Assembly: GCA_964016885.1 (NCBI GenBank)
Contig: OZ024746.1
Location: forward strand, 5,208,001 to 5,272,000
Length of the DNA stretch: 64,000 nt
From: Eledone cirrhosa
Lineage: Eukaryota
Reading direction: 5' to 3'
The notes beneath the pieces were generated by a model that saw only the letters and a list, made by a program, of their open reading frames with translations, was not told the DNA's origin and did not search any database. Both the position numbers and the translations under genes were made by a program. This document shows, piece by piece, positions 14,228 through 31,195 of this stretch. Each line of letters opens with the position of its first letter. The stretch's first letter is position 1.

Positions 14228-14573
14228 GAGAGAAAGATAGGGGGAAGGGTTGTGTAAAGTCAGATTGAGAGAGGGAATTTAGGAATACTTAGATGTACAT
14301 ATAATTATTCTTTGTGTTTGTTGATGTAAAAGAGTGGCTTCTAACACGTATTGTATTTCTGACCGGCCATTCTGTCAACAAAAAGACACGTGCACAGGTA
14401 GTTGGTTCCATTCTTCAAGCATCTAATCAATTTAGTGCATGCGATTTTAATGTCATGTTAGACGATCACAAAATATAACATATGTATGTTTGTATGTATG
14501 TATGTATGTATGTTTGTATGTATGTTTGTATGTATGTATGTATGGTGTATATACGTATGTATGTAAATATGTA

Positions 14574-14978
14574 TGCCGAGTTCGTCCGCAAAGGGCGGAG
14601 GAACTCGGCAGAGTCAACTGCCATCCAAATAGAACTTTTCTTTTATCATTCATTTATTTTTTTACCTCGGAGTGAAAGGCCCCCAGTTGTTGTCACAACA
14701 CATTTCTAAGAGAGGGAAACTCTAAAAAAAAAAAAACCTGCGGCTTCGGAAGCATCCGATGATGTTGACCAGTTCTCCTTTTCGGGTAGTGCTTTCGATG
14801 CTCAGAGAGTGGGATTGGTCGAGTGCAAGGCCTTTCCCCACTTAAAAAACCTTCAAAGCACAGGCATTGCTTGTTCAGGATCTGTTATTGGTTCGTGTGG
14901 CTGGCCGTAGCCTAAAAGTGCACCATTTTCTGTAATCTGACAAGCGATTGCAATACTCTTAGCAAAGTTTGCAGCCAT
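14574..14978 (+). mobile_element. RTE-derived non-autonomous element (5'UTR-like part plus 3' end) in (TATG)n
   Basis: 5' GC hairpin 14574-14610; RTE 5'UTR-like gagggaaactcta..aaacc; colinear similarity (atgttgac..agagagtggga..gcacaggcattgc..gcagcca) to 62816-63133. Confidence 0.6.
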
Positions 14979-15147
14979 CATATATATATGTACGAATGTA
15001 TGTATGTATGTATGTATGTATGTATGTATGTATGTATGTATGTATGTATGTATGTATGTATGTATGTACGTATGTATGTATGTATGTATGTATGTATGTA
15101 TGTATGTATGTATGTATGTATGTATGTACGAATGTGTATGTATGTAT

Positions 15148-15250
15148 GTCGCTGGCTGGACTAAAAAGTCACACTTGTTTAGCGCATCGGTAGGGTTCTC
15201 CTACATGGATATAAAGTAGTGGCCGTACTCGAAAACGAGTTGGCAGCCAC
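15148..15250 (+). mobile_element. 5'-truncated RTE-derived element 3' end in (TATG)n
   Basis: Near-identical to 51491-51594; encodes SLAGLKSH. Confidence 0.8.
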
Positions 15251-15712
15251 TATGTATGTACGAATGTATGTATGTATGTATGTATGTATGTATGTATGTA
15301 TGTATGTATGTATGTATGTATGTATGTATGCGTGTATGTATGTATATATGCATGTGTGTGTATTTATACACACACACGCATATATATGTACACACACACA
15401 CACACACATATATATATATGCATGTGTCTATATAGGTATGGTATGTATTTATATAATCACACACACACACATATATATGTATGTGTGTGTGTGTGTGTTT
15501 ATGTATATATAATGGGATGAATGAGATGTATTTGAATAATAGTTCCTAACATGAGCCCATTGGTGGGGGTGAAAAAATCAATCATATCAACCCCACTACT
15601 ATAGTCGGACTTTATTTTATCGATCCTAGAATGATTAAAGACAAAGATGATCTGGATTTTGAACGCTGTGAAGCTCCTAAAGAAATATCGCAAATTATTA
15701 ATAATGAATTCT

Positions 15713-15920
15713 AATTGAGACACAAGGCCAGCAATTTTGTGAAGAGGGTATATCGATCATATCGATCCCAGTGTTTGTATTGGTACTATATTGTATCGAT
15801 CCCGGGAGATGAAAGGCAAAGTTCACCTTGGCTTCATTTGAACTCAAGACGTTGAAGGCCATAACTAAATTCTGCAAAACATTTTGTCCGATACTCTACC
15901 GATTCTGTCAATCCATCGCC
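15713..15920 (-). mobile_element. Diverged tRNA-derived SINE (Meta-domain-like)
   Basis: Minus strand ggcgatggattgacagaatcggtagag...gagttcaaat...ctttgcctttcatc...gctggccttgtg. Confidence 0.7.
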
Positions 15921-16615
15921 ATCCGCACATGTCTATATTTGGTATATACCACAACTATATCAAAGGGCTGCAGGGGATGTATCTATTTTATGGGTACCTG
16001 AAATAGTAGGAGTTGAACTCAGATCGTAAGAAAATACCAGAAACCACTTTGCTAGTTCTACTGATGCCTCATGGATGTTAGCTGGAACATATTACTAAAC
16101 ACAAATTTGAATTAAATATTTGTTATTGGCGTCCTTTCGTGATGTTAGAAGAATTTATTAAAGTCTTTCATGTTAAAATAGTGAAATAATAATTATTCTG
16201 ACATTAGCCAAGATTTTATGTTCCAACGTTTAGAAACATGACATTTACAATATAAACAAATAGATTACTTAGTTTGCTTCTCCTTAGATGGTAAAATCAG
16301 TAGAGAGCAGCGTTAAGAACTGATTTAATATATTGGGAATATAAGATTCGTCTCTTGGGAAAAATCATCGGATTGTATCTATTGGTTGAATGGATAAAGA
16401 ATTAGAATAGCAACTGACAGAGTAGGAAGATGTGGGTATTACATGTTTGATTTTAAGTAGCTAAAGAAACGATACCAAATTTTACAAATATCAAATAAAC
16501 CCACATGGACATTCATCTCAGTCAGTTAACGCTACAGAAAATGTCATTAAGTAGCAACCAAATAGAACTTGATAGTTCATCGGTGAATAAAGTGTTATGA
16601 AAGTGTGGATATATA

Positions 16616-16831
16616 CGAGGGGGTGCTGAAAAGTTCCAGGTTTGATCACTGCTACAGAGACCAGGTTGGAGGACCAACCTTCCGAGTTCTTTTTACAGGG
16701 CTTAGAAAAACTGAAGGACCACTGCAATAAGTGTGTGAAACTGAGAAGGTAATATGTTAAATAATATCATAACTAACTGGTCCTCCTGTAGTTTCTTTTA
16801 GCCAAAGCCAGGAACTTTTCAGCACACCTCG
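16616..16831 (+). mobile_element. Tc1/mariner MITE (internally deleted mariner)
   Basis: TIRs cgagggggtgctgaaaagttcc / ggaacttttcagcacacctcg, TA on both sides; 16651-16764 encodes mariner transposase C-terminus ATETRLEDQPSEFFLQGLEKLKDHCNKCVKLRR*YVK*. Confidence 0.9.
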
Positions 16832-16912
16832 TATTAGGAAACCTCGACATAATTGAAAGTAGTTGGTCTCGGTTTCGATACCTCTTTGAAATCGATTCAA
16901 GAACCTCTGCTA

Positions 16913-17074
16913 ACATTTCAAAGAGATCTACTTTAAATTAGACGGGGGTCGACATTTCGAGGAAGGTCTATTTTAATTTAGAGGGGTCGACATTTCGAGG
17001 AGGGTCTACTCTAAATTAGAGGGGGGGGGTCGACATTTCGAGGAGGGTCTACTTTAAATTAGACGGGGGTCGAC
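16913..17074. repeat. ~40-bp minisatellite, 4 copies
   Basis: Unit acatttcgaggagggtctactttaaattagacgggggtcg. Confidence 0.9.
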
Positions 17075-17268
17075 AAAATCGGTTATCCGCTGGTATCTGT
17101 TTGTCAGATAGTTTACATAACCTCAAAACTATATAATGCCACTTAAATTAAATGCAAATGCCTGGAGAAGATTTGGAAGATTGTCAACTAAATAAGAAGA
17201 TTAACAGTTTAATGCAGATATATGACACAAAGGATATTGATAACAAAGAAGATGGCATTATACTTTAA

Positions 17269-17431
17269 CAGTGCATTACTGATACTTTATTTTATCGACC
17301 CCGTAAGGATGAAAGGCAAAGTTAATCCCACCGGGGTTAACTTTGCCTTTCATCCTTACGGGGTCGATAAAATAAAGTACCAGTAATGTACTGGTAAATT
17401 GCTGGCCTTGTGCCAAAAGTGGAAACAATTA
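17269..17431. mobile_element. Inverted pair of SINE 3' halves (palindrome 17269-17393)
   Basis: ..tttatcgaccccgtaaggatgaaaggcaaagttaa tcccaccgggg ttaactttgcctttcatccttacggggtcgataaa.. Confidence 0.9.
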
Positions 17432-18108
17432 TACTTTAACTGATAACAGTTCTGTAGTTTAAAGTAGTTATTATTTCTTCTTCTGAAGCAGGGACCAACT
17501 TTAAAAAAAAAAAGCAATGAGACCTCCTCTCCCATCAAAAAAGAACCAAGACAGCGTATGTTTATATCTTATGTATACGATCGATTTTAACATACCTTAC
17601 GTAACTTTCTATAGTTCCATCATGGTTGTATTTCCAAGAGCTATTCTTTTAATTTCGTTTGAGAATCTCCCCTTCTTCCAACCGAGGATGTACTACTCAC
17701 ATCATCAGATCTCCAATCTTAAATTACTTTAAATTTGAAGTGGACAACATTAGATATTTGACAAGGATCTAATTAGAAGTTGACTTGAAACTACACAACA
17801 TTATTTAACAAACTTACGGCTACCATTTTGTGTTCAATCATTAGAGATAAAATGAAAGGTAAAGATACATTTATAGCAACAGTCACAATATCTTCAGCAG
17901 TAAGTGATGTCATTATAGTTCAGATATCGATTTATTTTGAGACGACTAAACAGATTTTCAACATTGATGAGATATTATTGGATTAACATTGGTGTATTAC
18001 TGCTACTTATTTTACCGATTCACCTTTAAGTTAAGAAGGTAAGACAGGTTAAAATGAATCCTAAAACACTACAGACTATTACATTATCTTTATATTAATG
18101 AAACACCG

Positions 18109-18189
18109 GTCCTTACGGGGTCGATAAAATAAAGTACCAGTAATACACTGGGATAATTGCTGGCCTTGTGCCAAAAGTAGAAACAATTA
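18109..18189 (+). mobile_element. SINE 3' fragment (Meta-domain-like family)
   Basis: tccttacggggtcgataaaataaagtaccagtaat...gccttgtgccaaaagtagaaacaatta. Confidence 0.85.
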
Positions 18190-18775
18190 ATTAGACACTG
18201 ATCCGTCACCGGAGATTCATGATTCGCTGCTCTTTAGATAGAAATTATTCAAAACCAAACCCGACCATTGCGAAGATAACGCCGCTTCTATTTTGATGTT
18301 AGCACTAAATGATCTTAGTAGTTTAGGGATACATTTATTCTAGAAATATTTTGTAAAACTAATCCGGGCTCAGCTACACATCGGGATGTCGTGGACGGTT
18401 TTAGTAATATATGAGTTCTTCTATGTCAAAACGTTGCCTGCCCTCGTCCAACTCTTTCCCATTTCTCGAGAAAGGGACAATTTAAATAGTCTCATACGAA
18501 CCTTCTCACAGCACAGAGATAGATAGATAGAGAGAGAGAGAGAGATAATTTGGGAGAGAGAGGGAGGGAGAGAGAGAATGTGTGTATGTATGAGAGAGAG
18601 TGAGTGTGTGTATGTGTTTGTAAGAGTGTGTGTGTGAGAGAGACAGAGAGTGAGTGTGTGTGTGTGAGAGAGAGAGAGACAGAGAGAGTGAGTGAGTGTA
18701 TGTGTTTGTAAGAGTGAGAGAGAGAGAGAGAGAGAGAGAGTGAGTGAGTGTATGTGTTTGTAAGAGTGTGTGTGT

Positions 18776-18825
<50 letters not shown>

Positions 18826-21289
18826 CAGTGTGTGTGAGAGAGAGAGAGAGACAGACAGAGAGAGTGAGTGTGTGTATGTGTTTGTAAGAGTGTGTGTGTG
18901 TTTGAGAGAGAAAGTGAAGTTTGAAGAAGATTCGACACTAGTACTTGATTAATATTTTGTTTAATAACAGCTAAAGTAAACCTCGGCAGGATTTGAACTC
19001 AAAATATAGAGTGTCTATCGAAATTCTGCCAGATATTCAATCCAAGACCTTTGTGTCTCTGCCAATACTCTTTATAACCAGAAATACCGAGACACATTAA
19101 CCGCATTATTCTCTACGTATCCTCACTTCAGTGGTAGATTGTGATTTCAAAATTATATTGATGAATATTTACTTCTACTTCCGGAAGTGAGTGTAACAAT
19201 ACGTGGAAATGTTCATTTCCGGTCATTGCAAAAGAAAACATTTTCTTCCAAATGAGTTATTGATGATGTAATTGTGATTATTCATATATATGAAGCGTTT
19301 ATATAATTATTAACTTTAGTAGAAAGTTCTTTTTATTTCCGACTGTTTGGTATATTAGTTCAGCCTCAAGAAGTCTGCACCGACAATCTGACCTATATAC
19401 AAACATATATTACATTTGTGATGTATCTTATATATAGCAACATTAGTAGAAATTATCTTTCCGAGATTATAATGTGTTGCACTTAAGACTTTAAATTTCA
19501 TAGCAAAGGTCTTTAATATTAGAATGCCGATAAAATCTTACCAATGTTCCTGTTAATCAGTTTTCTCTCTCGGCTTTGAATATAATTTTTATATTATTTT
19601 ATCACCAAAAAATAAATTCAGCTTTGATCTATTTGTCAACGGAAATTAATATTGTGCCACAATAAAATATCAGCCTTGAGCTATACACTACTATAATGGA
19701 AGATAGGTTGTGCAAAATTATATTCAAGCATTCAATCTTTATTCTCCTGACTTTAAATATATTTTTGACATTATTTCATTAAAAAACCCCAACAAAAACA
19801 AACCTTTAAGTTGCATTCCTTTATAGACGTAAATACTACAATGTACCTGCACTAAAACTCACCGATTTACACCAGTATACTACCATATACCAAACACTGA
19901 GTATTAGTCAACTCGATTATATAATAGAAGGCACCTGTCCAAGATGCCATATAGTAAACTTGAACTCAAAATTACATGTTTGCGAAGCACACTTCTTAAA
20001 GACACAACTAATTTACACATTTGGAAATGTTTCCAGGTTCCAAAGAGATATTTGAAAACGAAGGTGCTTAATTTCCGTTTTATAGTGAAACGGGCATGAG
20101 CTAATGAATAGAAGGCTCGTGTATTTCAGCTACAATATCTCTATGATCTAGTAGCTATTTGGTACAATAGGAAGACTAAAACAATGCCCGGTATAGTTTC
20201 CTTCACAGAAATTTTACGGTACCCTTGCATATAATTTGAACTCCTAAACCATAAAAGCAAATAGCTATGACCAACTACAAAAGTGTTGCATTCATCATAA
20301 ATCTTTGTTATTAACATCGTTGGGAAATCAGGCTTGAGTAAAAAACTGTTATTTGGACTCGAAGTCGGGAAGTAAATTTTAAGTAAACCAGATTCCCAGC
20401 TCTAGTTAGAATCCCTCTTATTCACTTCAGTGATTTACTTTAGAAATTCCTGACCACCACAGCTCTATTTCCAATAATGCAATAATCTTTTCTTGAAAGT
20501 TACCACAGATATTAGCGAATGAAGTGATTAATTTTGAGAAAAGTAGTTGGAGACTTTGAATTGCATTAAAATCGCATCCCAAAATAACCACCAACTGTAT
20601 TATAAAAGAACCATTTTCATTCCCCTTTTAAGTTTTCAAGTTTTCAGCAGATGTTCATTATTACTGAAATCTTGTTTCAAATAATTCTCCGTTCCACTCT
20701 GATGCTGCGACAAGATATCTAAAACTGGATTTCGAAATAAGATTCTAAGATAGTTTATATCACTGCAATTCTATTTCTGATAAAATGACCTTCTGAACCA
20801 AAATATCCTTTTACATTTCCGTCCACGCATCCTTGAAATAATAATATATAATTGAATTTACAATTGCAGGTGATTCTGCGATAACTTTATATTGAAAAGT
20901 CAAGTTGAACTGTGAATATTTGTTGCAGTATATTACATGTCTGAAGCCAGTGTATTACACAATCACAGCCTTATATAATACCTTGCAGGTATTTTAATGA
21001 CATATAAGCTAACTTTCTCAACATTTACATATCAGTTATACTATAGAGGCTGATATGAAATATTATATGTATAAAACCAACATATTACATAAACGAACGT
21101 AGAAAATGTATATATTACACATAGAAACGTATCTTATACTATATTACACAAGGAAAGTAGATATATTACAGAAAGTCTTATTAAACTACCCTCACCATTA
21201 AGCTACGCATCTTCAGGGATAAAATGTTTAGTTTATGTTTGTTATTTCGTTACAAAAGGGAACTAATGTGATTCTACTAAAGAATCGAA

Positions 21290-21672
21290 ACGGTTGGCAG
21301 CTTGGTAGGTCATATCACAAGGGAAGGACCTCGGTCGGTTTCGACGATGAGTATTTCAGTTGCTCGATCAATGGAACTAACTGCTAATGAAACTAACGCG
21401 TAAGTGGCTGAGCATTCCACAGAAACGTACATCCGTAACGCATTTCTCATGGATATTAAGCATGGCGCAGTGTGTGATAAGGCTGAGCCTTTGGTTTACA
21501 GGTTCAGTTCATTAGATAGGCTTCCAAACATATTTCGCCTACCTAGTTTCACTTACATGGCATGGGTCCACATGGCGTTATGGTAAATTGCACATGCCTA
21601 AGATGATACAGAGTGGGATCGAACCTGGGCCCTAATGATTGTCAAGTGAACCACTTAACCATTCAGCCATGT
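21290..21672 (-). mobile_element. Diverged tRNA-derived SINE, third family
   Basis: Minus strand A-box TGGCTGAATGG and B-box GGTTCGATCCC; body similar to 45915-45985; related heads at ~36612-36690 and ~43775-43832. Confidence 0.65.
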
Positions 21673-21963
21673 TACATCCACCTCAGCGCAAGGGTGTCTA
21701 CTACAAGATGTAACATAATCTTAGCATGACATCTTTATGGAAGATGGAAAGGGAGATGTTTACTCCTTTATTACATTATTAAAAGTGTTGTGTCCATTCG
21801 AAAAGAGAACCTGAGGGGTAGTTCTTGGTCCACCAGTGTTACCCATCAACCCGCTATTTATATAATATAAACAATATTACATTTCAGAGATTTGTAAACA
21901 TTAAAAAAACTATAGTCCGTCTTATTTTTCTCACTCAAATTGGTATCAACAAATGTATACTAT

Positions 21964-22022
<59 letters not shown>

Positions 22023-22038
22023 TCTCTCGCTCTCTCTC

Positions 22039-22142
<104 letters not shown>

Positions 22143-22359
22143 GTAGGAGGTGAGTTTTATTGTAGTACAATAAAGCAATGCAGAAAACCACTTTTCATAT
22201 GTTGATTTAAAACTGCACTATCAACAAGTGTTTTTTTAGCCTTCATATCATGTTCTCCTGTTTTATCTGATGAAAACACAAATATTATTATTTGATGATG
22301 TTTGTTTTTGAAATGCGCATAATAAAATATATTGAACTCCTTTAACCATCTTTTGATCT

Positions 22360-22419
<60 letters not shown>

Positions 22420-22736
22420 GTGTGTGTGTATATATATATATGTATATATGTGTGTGTGTATATATATATATGTATATATGTGTGTGTATATATATATATG
22501 TGTATATATGTGTGTGTGTATATATATATGTATATATGTGTGTGTATATATATATGTATATATATATAGATCTGTTCATAGTCGACATTATATATTTTGT
22601 TGTTGTTTCTTTTTTTACATGGTTCAGTATATTTTGTTCTTATATATTATATATATATATATACACTCCCACACACTCCAATATGTATATGTATGTGTGA
22701 GTGTATATATATATGTATATACACATACACAGACAT

Positions 22737-22845
<109 letters not shown>

Positions 22846-23728
22846 AACATATACCGCGGAGAGAAAAGAATTCTTATTTTGTGCTAAGAAACTTCGCTGA
22901 AGAGAATAGAATTTTTTTTTTTTAACATCTGAAGTAGTAGTGAGAATGTGTCGGTTAAAGAAAGAGTTCAGTTTTGGAGAACAATAACACCGAGTAGGAT
23001 GTTGATATGAGGAGGTGAGTGATGAGAGGAGGTGAGTGATGTAGGGAGGAAAGTATAGTAAGGAGGGAAATAGGAGTGTTGTATATTACTGAAACACAAT
23101 AATACGAAGTTGTGATCTCTCAATTCGGCTTTACTTGGAGTAACTCTCTGATTTCCCAGCTACACTCTATCATATAACATTACTCCAAAGACTCTTCAGA
23201 GGAATCCCATTTCGGACGCTTCTATTCACGATCGTATTCTTCACATACTCTCTTCCTTTACTTGTTTCCTGTCTTTCTCTTCTTTCTCTCTCTTTTCAGA
23301 AGAAAGACTTTGTCAAAACGTCAGAATATTTACTGAGCACGATACCAATAGTTTGATTTATATTATATCTTGCATCGTGTTTTATCTTGTCATCTACTCC
23401 GTTGTTTACACCCCCCCCCCCCCCCCCCCACACACACACACTCTCTCTCACACACGCGGGCGCACACACGCACACATACACACACTCTCTCTCTCACACA
23501 CACACACGTACAGTCACACACACACACACATACACACTTTCTGTCTCTCACACACCCACACCCACATTCTCTCTCTCTCACACACACACAGACTCTCTCT
23601 CTCTCTCACGCACACACACACGCACACACACTCTCTCTCTCTCTCACACACACACACATAAAAACACTCATAAGTACATAAGGAGTGTTGAACTGCATGT
23701 AGAACAGAAGTTGGTTTAATGAGAGAAA

Positions 23729-23786
23729 TTCCCGCGCTAAACACGTGACGAGTGACGTCAGCAGTCAAGAAAGACGGAAAGGAAGT
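23729..23786. promoter_or_regulatory. Candidate cis-regulatory motif cluster
   Basis: TTCCCGCGCTAAA (E2F-like), CACGTG (E-box), TGACGTCA (CRE) and GGAAGT (ETS core) within 58 bp of non-repetitive sequence. Confidence 0.35.
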
Positions 23787-24038
23787 GTGGAATGAACATT
23801 ACTGCTAATTTATTCAGGCAACAATTACTGTTTTAATGTGAATGTATGTATGTATGTATGTATGTATGTATGTATGTATGTATGTATGTACGTATGTATG
23901 TATGTATATATGTATGTAATTATGTGTATGTTTGTAAATATATGTATGTATAAAAACACACATACACAAATATAGATACACCCCCTCCACACATATATAT
24001 ATATATACACATATATATCTCTGTCTCTATGTCTCTCT

Positions 24039-24078
<40 letters not shown>

Positions 24079-24082
<4 letters not shown>

Positions 24083-24194
24083 CAGGAAAGAAGGTTGACA
24101 TGGTTTGCTATACAAAAAAGGTTTTTAATCTCATAGCTGACAACTGTTTCTCTGAACTGGTAGGTCTAGAGATCGCTATTCGCTTATTTTCGCG

Positions 24195-24197
<3 letters not shown>
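24079..24197 (-). mobile_element. PLE terminus with core-deleted hammerhead
   Basis: Minus: atagc-[CTGAN missing]GA-tctct..aga-GAAA-cagttg-TC-agctat; (TA)n on both sides. Confidence 0.5.
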
Positions 24198-24272
<75 letters not shown>

Positions 24273-26726
24273 TGATGAAATATATAAGTTTTGATTGACA
24301 CCCAGCGAATACTGAGCATAAATGAGGAATAATTAATTACAGACAATGTAATGATAAGTTAAATTAGACAAGGAAGTAATTAACCGGAAAGAGGAATTAC
24401 ATTTTCACAACGTAAGAAATGGTTGCAAATAGTGGAGACTTAATTCTGAAAGTTTTTCAGGCACATATATAACAATGGCGACTTAGTCCAATTATTTACC
24501 AGGAACATGTAAATTTGTGTCAGATTTAGCAGACCATATTTCCAGTTAATTACTAGGTTATTAGCTAATTGACTATCTATTGTTAGAATGTATTGATAGA
24601 ATTAAGCAGAACTGTAGTTAACTCAAATGTCTAGAAACTTTATTGAACCATAAAAGATACTGAACCTACAAAGGCCTTCTTTTTATAGCTGAATGTTTGT
24701 ATAATGTTGAGTTCTCAACTGCAGGTGAAGGATTGCTGCATAATTGTAAAGGTAAGTTGTAATATCAACCCGGGTAAAAGCTGCATACCCTGTCCTATAT
24801 ATTTGTTTTAGGCCGCTCCCTTCCACTCATAATTGCCTCCGAAATGTTACCTTTTATTCAATTTTACTGTCTGAAGAAATCACGATATCTATCGTCATGG
24901 AAATACGTATAACGGCTCAATTAATAAAAGACTCTAACATATACAACTTCGCGTTTTCCTCTTTATATATATATAAAGAGAGAGAAGTTAACAGTACAAA
25001 TTGTGATAATGTCCAACATGCGTAACCGACTATGAGAGACGACTGTATCTACATATTTCTCTCATATTAACACATCCTGTTATCATTATTTCATTCATAC
25101 TCCAATGTTTCTCGAGACACAGGTTGACAAAGAACTGGACAGAAGCAACAATATTCATTCAACATTTTCTTCCCGTATGGTATACCGATATAACTGTTAA
25201 ACTGCATATGTGGATGTGTAACGGTTGGGAGAATATATCTTGTCATTTGAGATGCATTAATGTCGAGTACGTTGCTATCCTATACCTTCAGGTCAGCCTT
25301 GATCAGACAGACCCATAGTCAAATCCGTTACTGTTGTGTCCAACCTATTTTATTTTCCAGGCATGATTTCGTTTTATATTATCTAATGTGTATTTTCCTT
25401 TTTATGTGGTACGCTGTGTGTCAGATTTGACTGCTATTCCTCGCAAGATGAACAACCACGTAGAGTGGTTCTCATTAGTTTGTGTACGTTATGATGTGAA
25501 GAAAACAATTCAAGAATTAGTCTTTATTAATTATTCTATAGTAACCGAACAGATAAAATTATCTGAGTAAAATAGCAATTCTAATGAAGCAGCGATGTGG
25601 AATCATATTTTGAATACAATACAAATCGTTCTAGAAAATTTGCCTAATATCCTGTCTTCGTGGTCGTATCGAAACCTTTCTGTGATTGGAATTGCAACAT
25701 CAAACATCTATTTGGTGAATCATAGTGATATCAACAAAGTCAAGTGTCTTGGCCATGAATACAATGGTACGCTAAAACCCGAACAATGACCCATTACGAG
25801 ACATTCCACTTTATTACTGACACAGTACAATGCTGTACAAATACATCAATACGAAATACAGACGTTTAAAGGCACCAATCACTGTAAAACTGTAAATTCT
25901 AACAATATTGAGTACATTAGTAATTAATTAAGAGACTAACTGAAAATACAGCGTGTTAATTTTGACACGAATTTCTAAATTCTAGTTTTGAAATAATTTG
26001 ATTAGATGTCCGAAAATCTCTACCAATAAGTCTCCCTGTATATAACCCCTTCCCACAACCCTACCAACCTCACTAACTGACTAACTGACTAACTGCAGTC
26101 TTACAAATATTATCATTACAACTTCAACAAAGCAATTACTAACAACACATAAAGACACGCATTCACATAAACGCATGTACATACACATACATTAACACCA
26201 TCCTCACACAAACATACGCATGCATATACCTTTGGGTGTATATGTTACACACATACAGGCACGACTCCCCCCCCCCCATACACACACACATAAGAGCGAT
26301 AAGTTTCGAAAAGCTTCTACAATGCTACAGAAATATATAAAGGGCAAAGGATGTCAAATAAAACAAAACTAAATCATGTTTTATCCAATATATTCTAACA
26401 TGAAATTTCATGATATTTTTCAAATGTGAAGTAGAAGCGGTTCAAAACAAAATCAAACGATCGATGTGTTTTTTTCCTGAACTGGCCCATGTGTCTGAAA
26501 TACGCACGCGCGGAGCCATTATAATAGCCAATCTGCTTCCTGTATTTCCAATTTATTATTTATCTTTTTTTTTGTGGTTGATGATTCTTAAATTGGCCAC
26601 ATTCTTTTATATATCATTCTTATATATATTTATCTAAAACTCTGTTATACATATTTCACTGAGGATTATCAGTTAAGATAACCTATGTGATCCGCACATC
26701 CTTGTTCTGTTAACCCCATACTCTAA

Positions 26727-28306
<1,580 letters not shown>

Positions 28307-28379
28307 AATTAGTTCTGTGTGTATGCTGTATATTCTGTGTTTGAGTGTGTGGTTGTAAAGTAAGCTACGTGCAAAAGAC

Positions 28380-28930
28380 TGTAAGTGTCGGTGGCTAACA
28401 TCACCTGCGATTACTGTGAACATGCATGAGATCAGATGTTGTTGCTTCGCGCTTCCAGGAAATGTTCCTTAAATGATTGGCCAAAGTATAACCAGTTGAC
28501 CGGATGTACAGTAAATGACAGCATTTGATGCAGTAAATAACACTTTCGGAAGTACAAGAGAATTTACTGCCGGTGAAATATGGTGGTATTGTGGAGGATG
28601 AGACGGGTGTGGTGATGGAGGTGAGAGTAGTTAGAAGATAGAGGTTAGATTGAACTAGCAGAGAAAGGACCATCTGTTGCACCGGGAGGAACGGAAAATG
28701 GTTGAAAAGATGTGAGAAGTAGGGAAGTCAGACTGAAAGAAAGAGAAAGAAAAAAAACGGTGGAATAAGCTGAGAAGTGGGAGTGTATAAAGAGGGGAGG
28801 GGGATGTGGTTATAAGAAAGGAAAATGGTGGAAGTTGACAAAAGTTGTGGATATGATAGAGGTGGATTCTATGACAGAGGAGAAGAGAGGTGGGAGGTGG
28901 TCATAGGTAGAAGACATCAATACAGCCATC
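28380..28930 (-). mobile_element. Penelope-like element GIY-YIG endonuclease remnant (Neptune/Poseidon type)
   Basis: Track ORF 28401-28682 contains FSCTSESVIYCIKCCHLLYIRSTGYTLANHLRNI, matching PLE F.C.S.NVIYCI.C..C..LYIG.T.R.L..R..EHLR; lies next to the giant (TA)n array. Confidence 0.8.
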
Positions 28931-29114
28931 ACCGTCATATACAACAGAGCAGACATATACAACAGAGCAGACATATACAACAGAGCAGACATATTTGTAT
29001 TACAGATACAGACGCAGGCCTATATAAAAGCACACATACAGACACACACACATGTATTACTACACGGAAACCTTGTGCTACTATCAATAAAGATATAGAA
29101 TATATATATATATG

Positions 29115-29180
<66 letters not shown>

Positions 29181-29203
29181 CATATATATATAATATATAT
29201 ATA

Positions 29204-29243
<40 letters not shown>

Positions 29244-29724
29244 GCACATATACACAACCATGTGCCCACACACCCATGTACATATGCACACACACTCACA
29301 TTTCTATATACATATATAAATATAAACATATTTGCACCAAATTCACAAGACCCATTTCCAATCGCTTTGATTGTTCCATGTAATCCATTGCTAAGCATTT
29401 CCTTTATTTCTTTGAACTGTTACGAAATTTCATTCGGTAAACATTGCTGCCGGGTATTGATTAGTCCTTGAGAAACTGCATCAAAAGAAAGGAGATATTT
29501 CAATGGTAGAATTAAAGAGAAAATACGAATAAAATCATTTGAAAACCCAGGAAATGAATCAACATAGGAAGCCAATTATCTTCTCCATATGTCTTGTCCG
29601 GTTTTTCACAACTTCGTTGCCTGTATTTTAACACCCTTACCATACACACGTATACAGACATACATGCGAGAACATAGATGTACATATGGACACATATACT
29701 ACCCATTCATATGTATATACATAC

Positions 29725-30952
<1,228 letters not shown>

Positions 30953-30957
30953 ATACA

Positions 30958-31097
30958 AATTATTACAAATGTAAGCTATCGCCGTATTTTGACTAAAGAA
31001 ATTAAAGAAATTATTTAGCCTGATAGTGGGGTTAAGAACCCTCGGAGAAATAGAAAAAGATGAGTATTGTACGTCAATACTCATCTTTTTCTATTTC
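30958..31097. mobile_element. Probable PLE-type terminus ending in a perfect 23-bp inverted repeat
   Basis: gaaatagaaaaagatgagtattg tacgt caatactcatctttttctatttc (31047-31097), next to the (TA)n array. Confidence 0.45.
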
Positions 31098-31195
31098 ACC
31101 AATTCTAATTTTCAATTTTTGCTTGACTGGCAACCGCTCAGTATAATCAGTTCCTGATTATTTACTAGAATTCTATAAGAACCAAACATCCATGA

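Noticed and set aside
16913-17074. CRISPR-like 40-bp repeats
   Set aside because: Contiguous tandem units without unique spacers
19177-19188. Palindromic ETS site ACTTCCGGAAGT
   Set aside because: Isolated 12-mer, expected by chance at low frequency in 64 kb
20290-20900. Possible decayed DNA transposase
   Set aside because: Only vague similarity with stops in all frames
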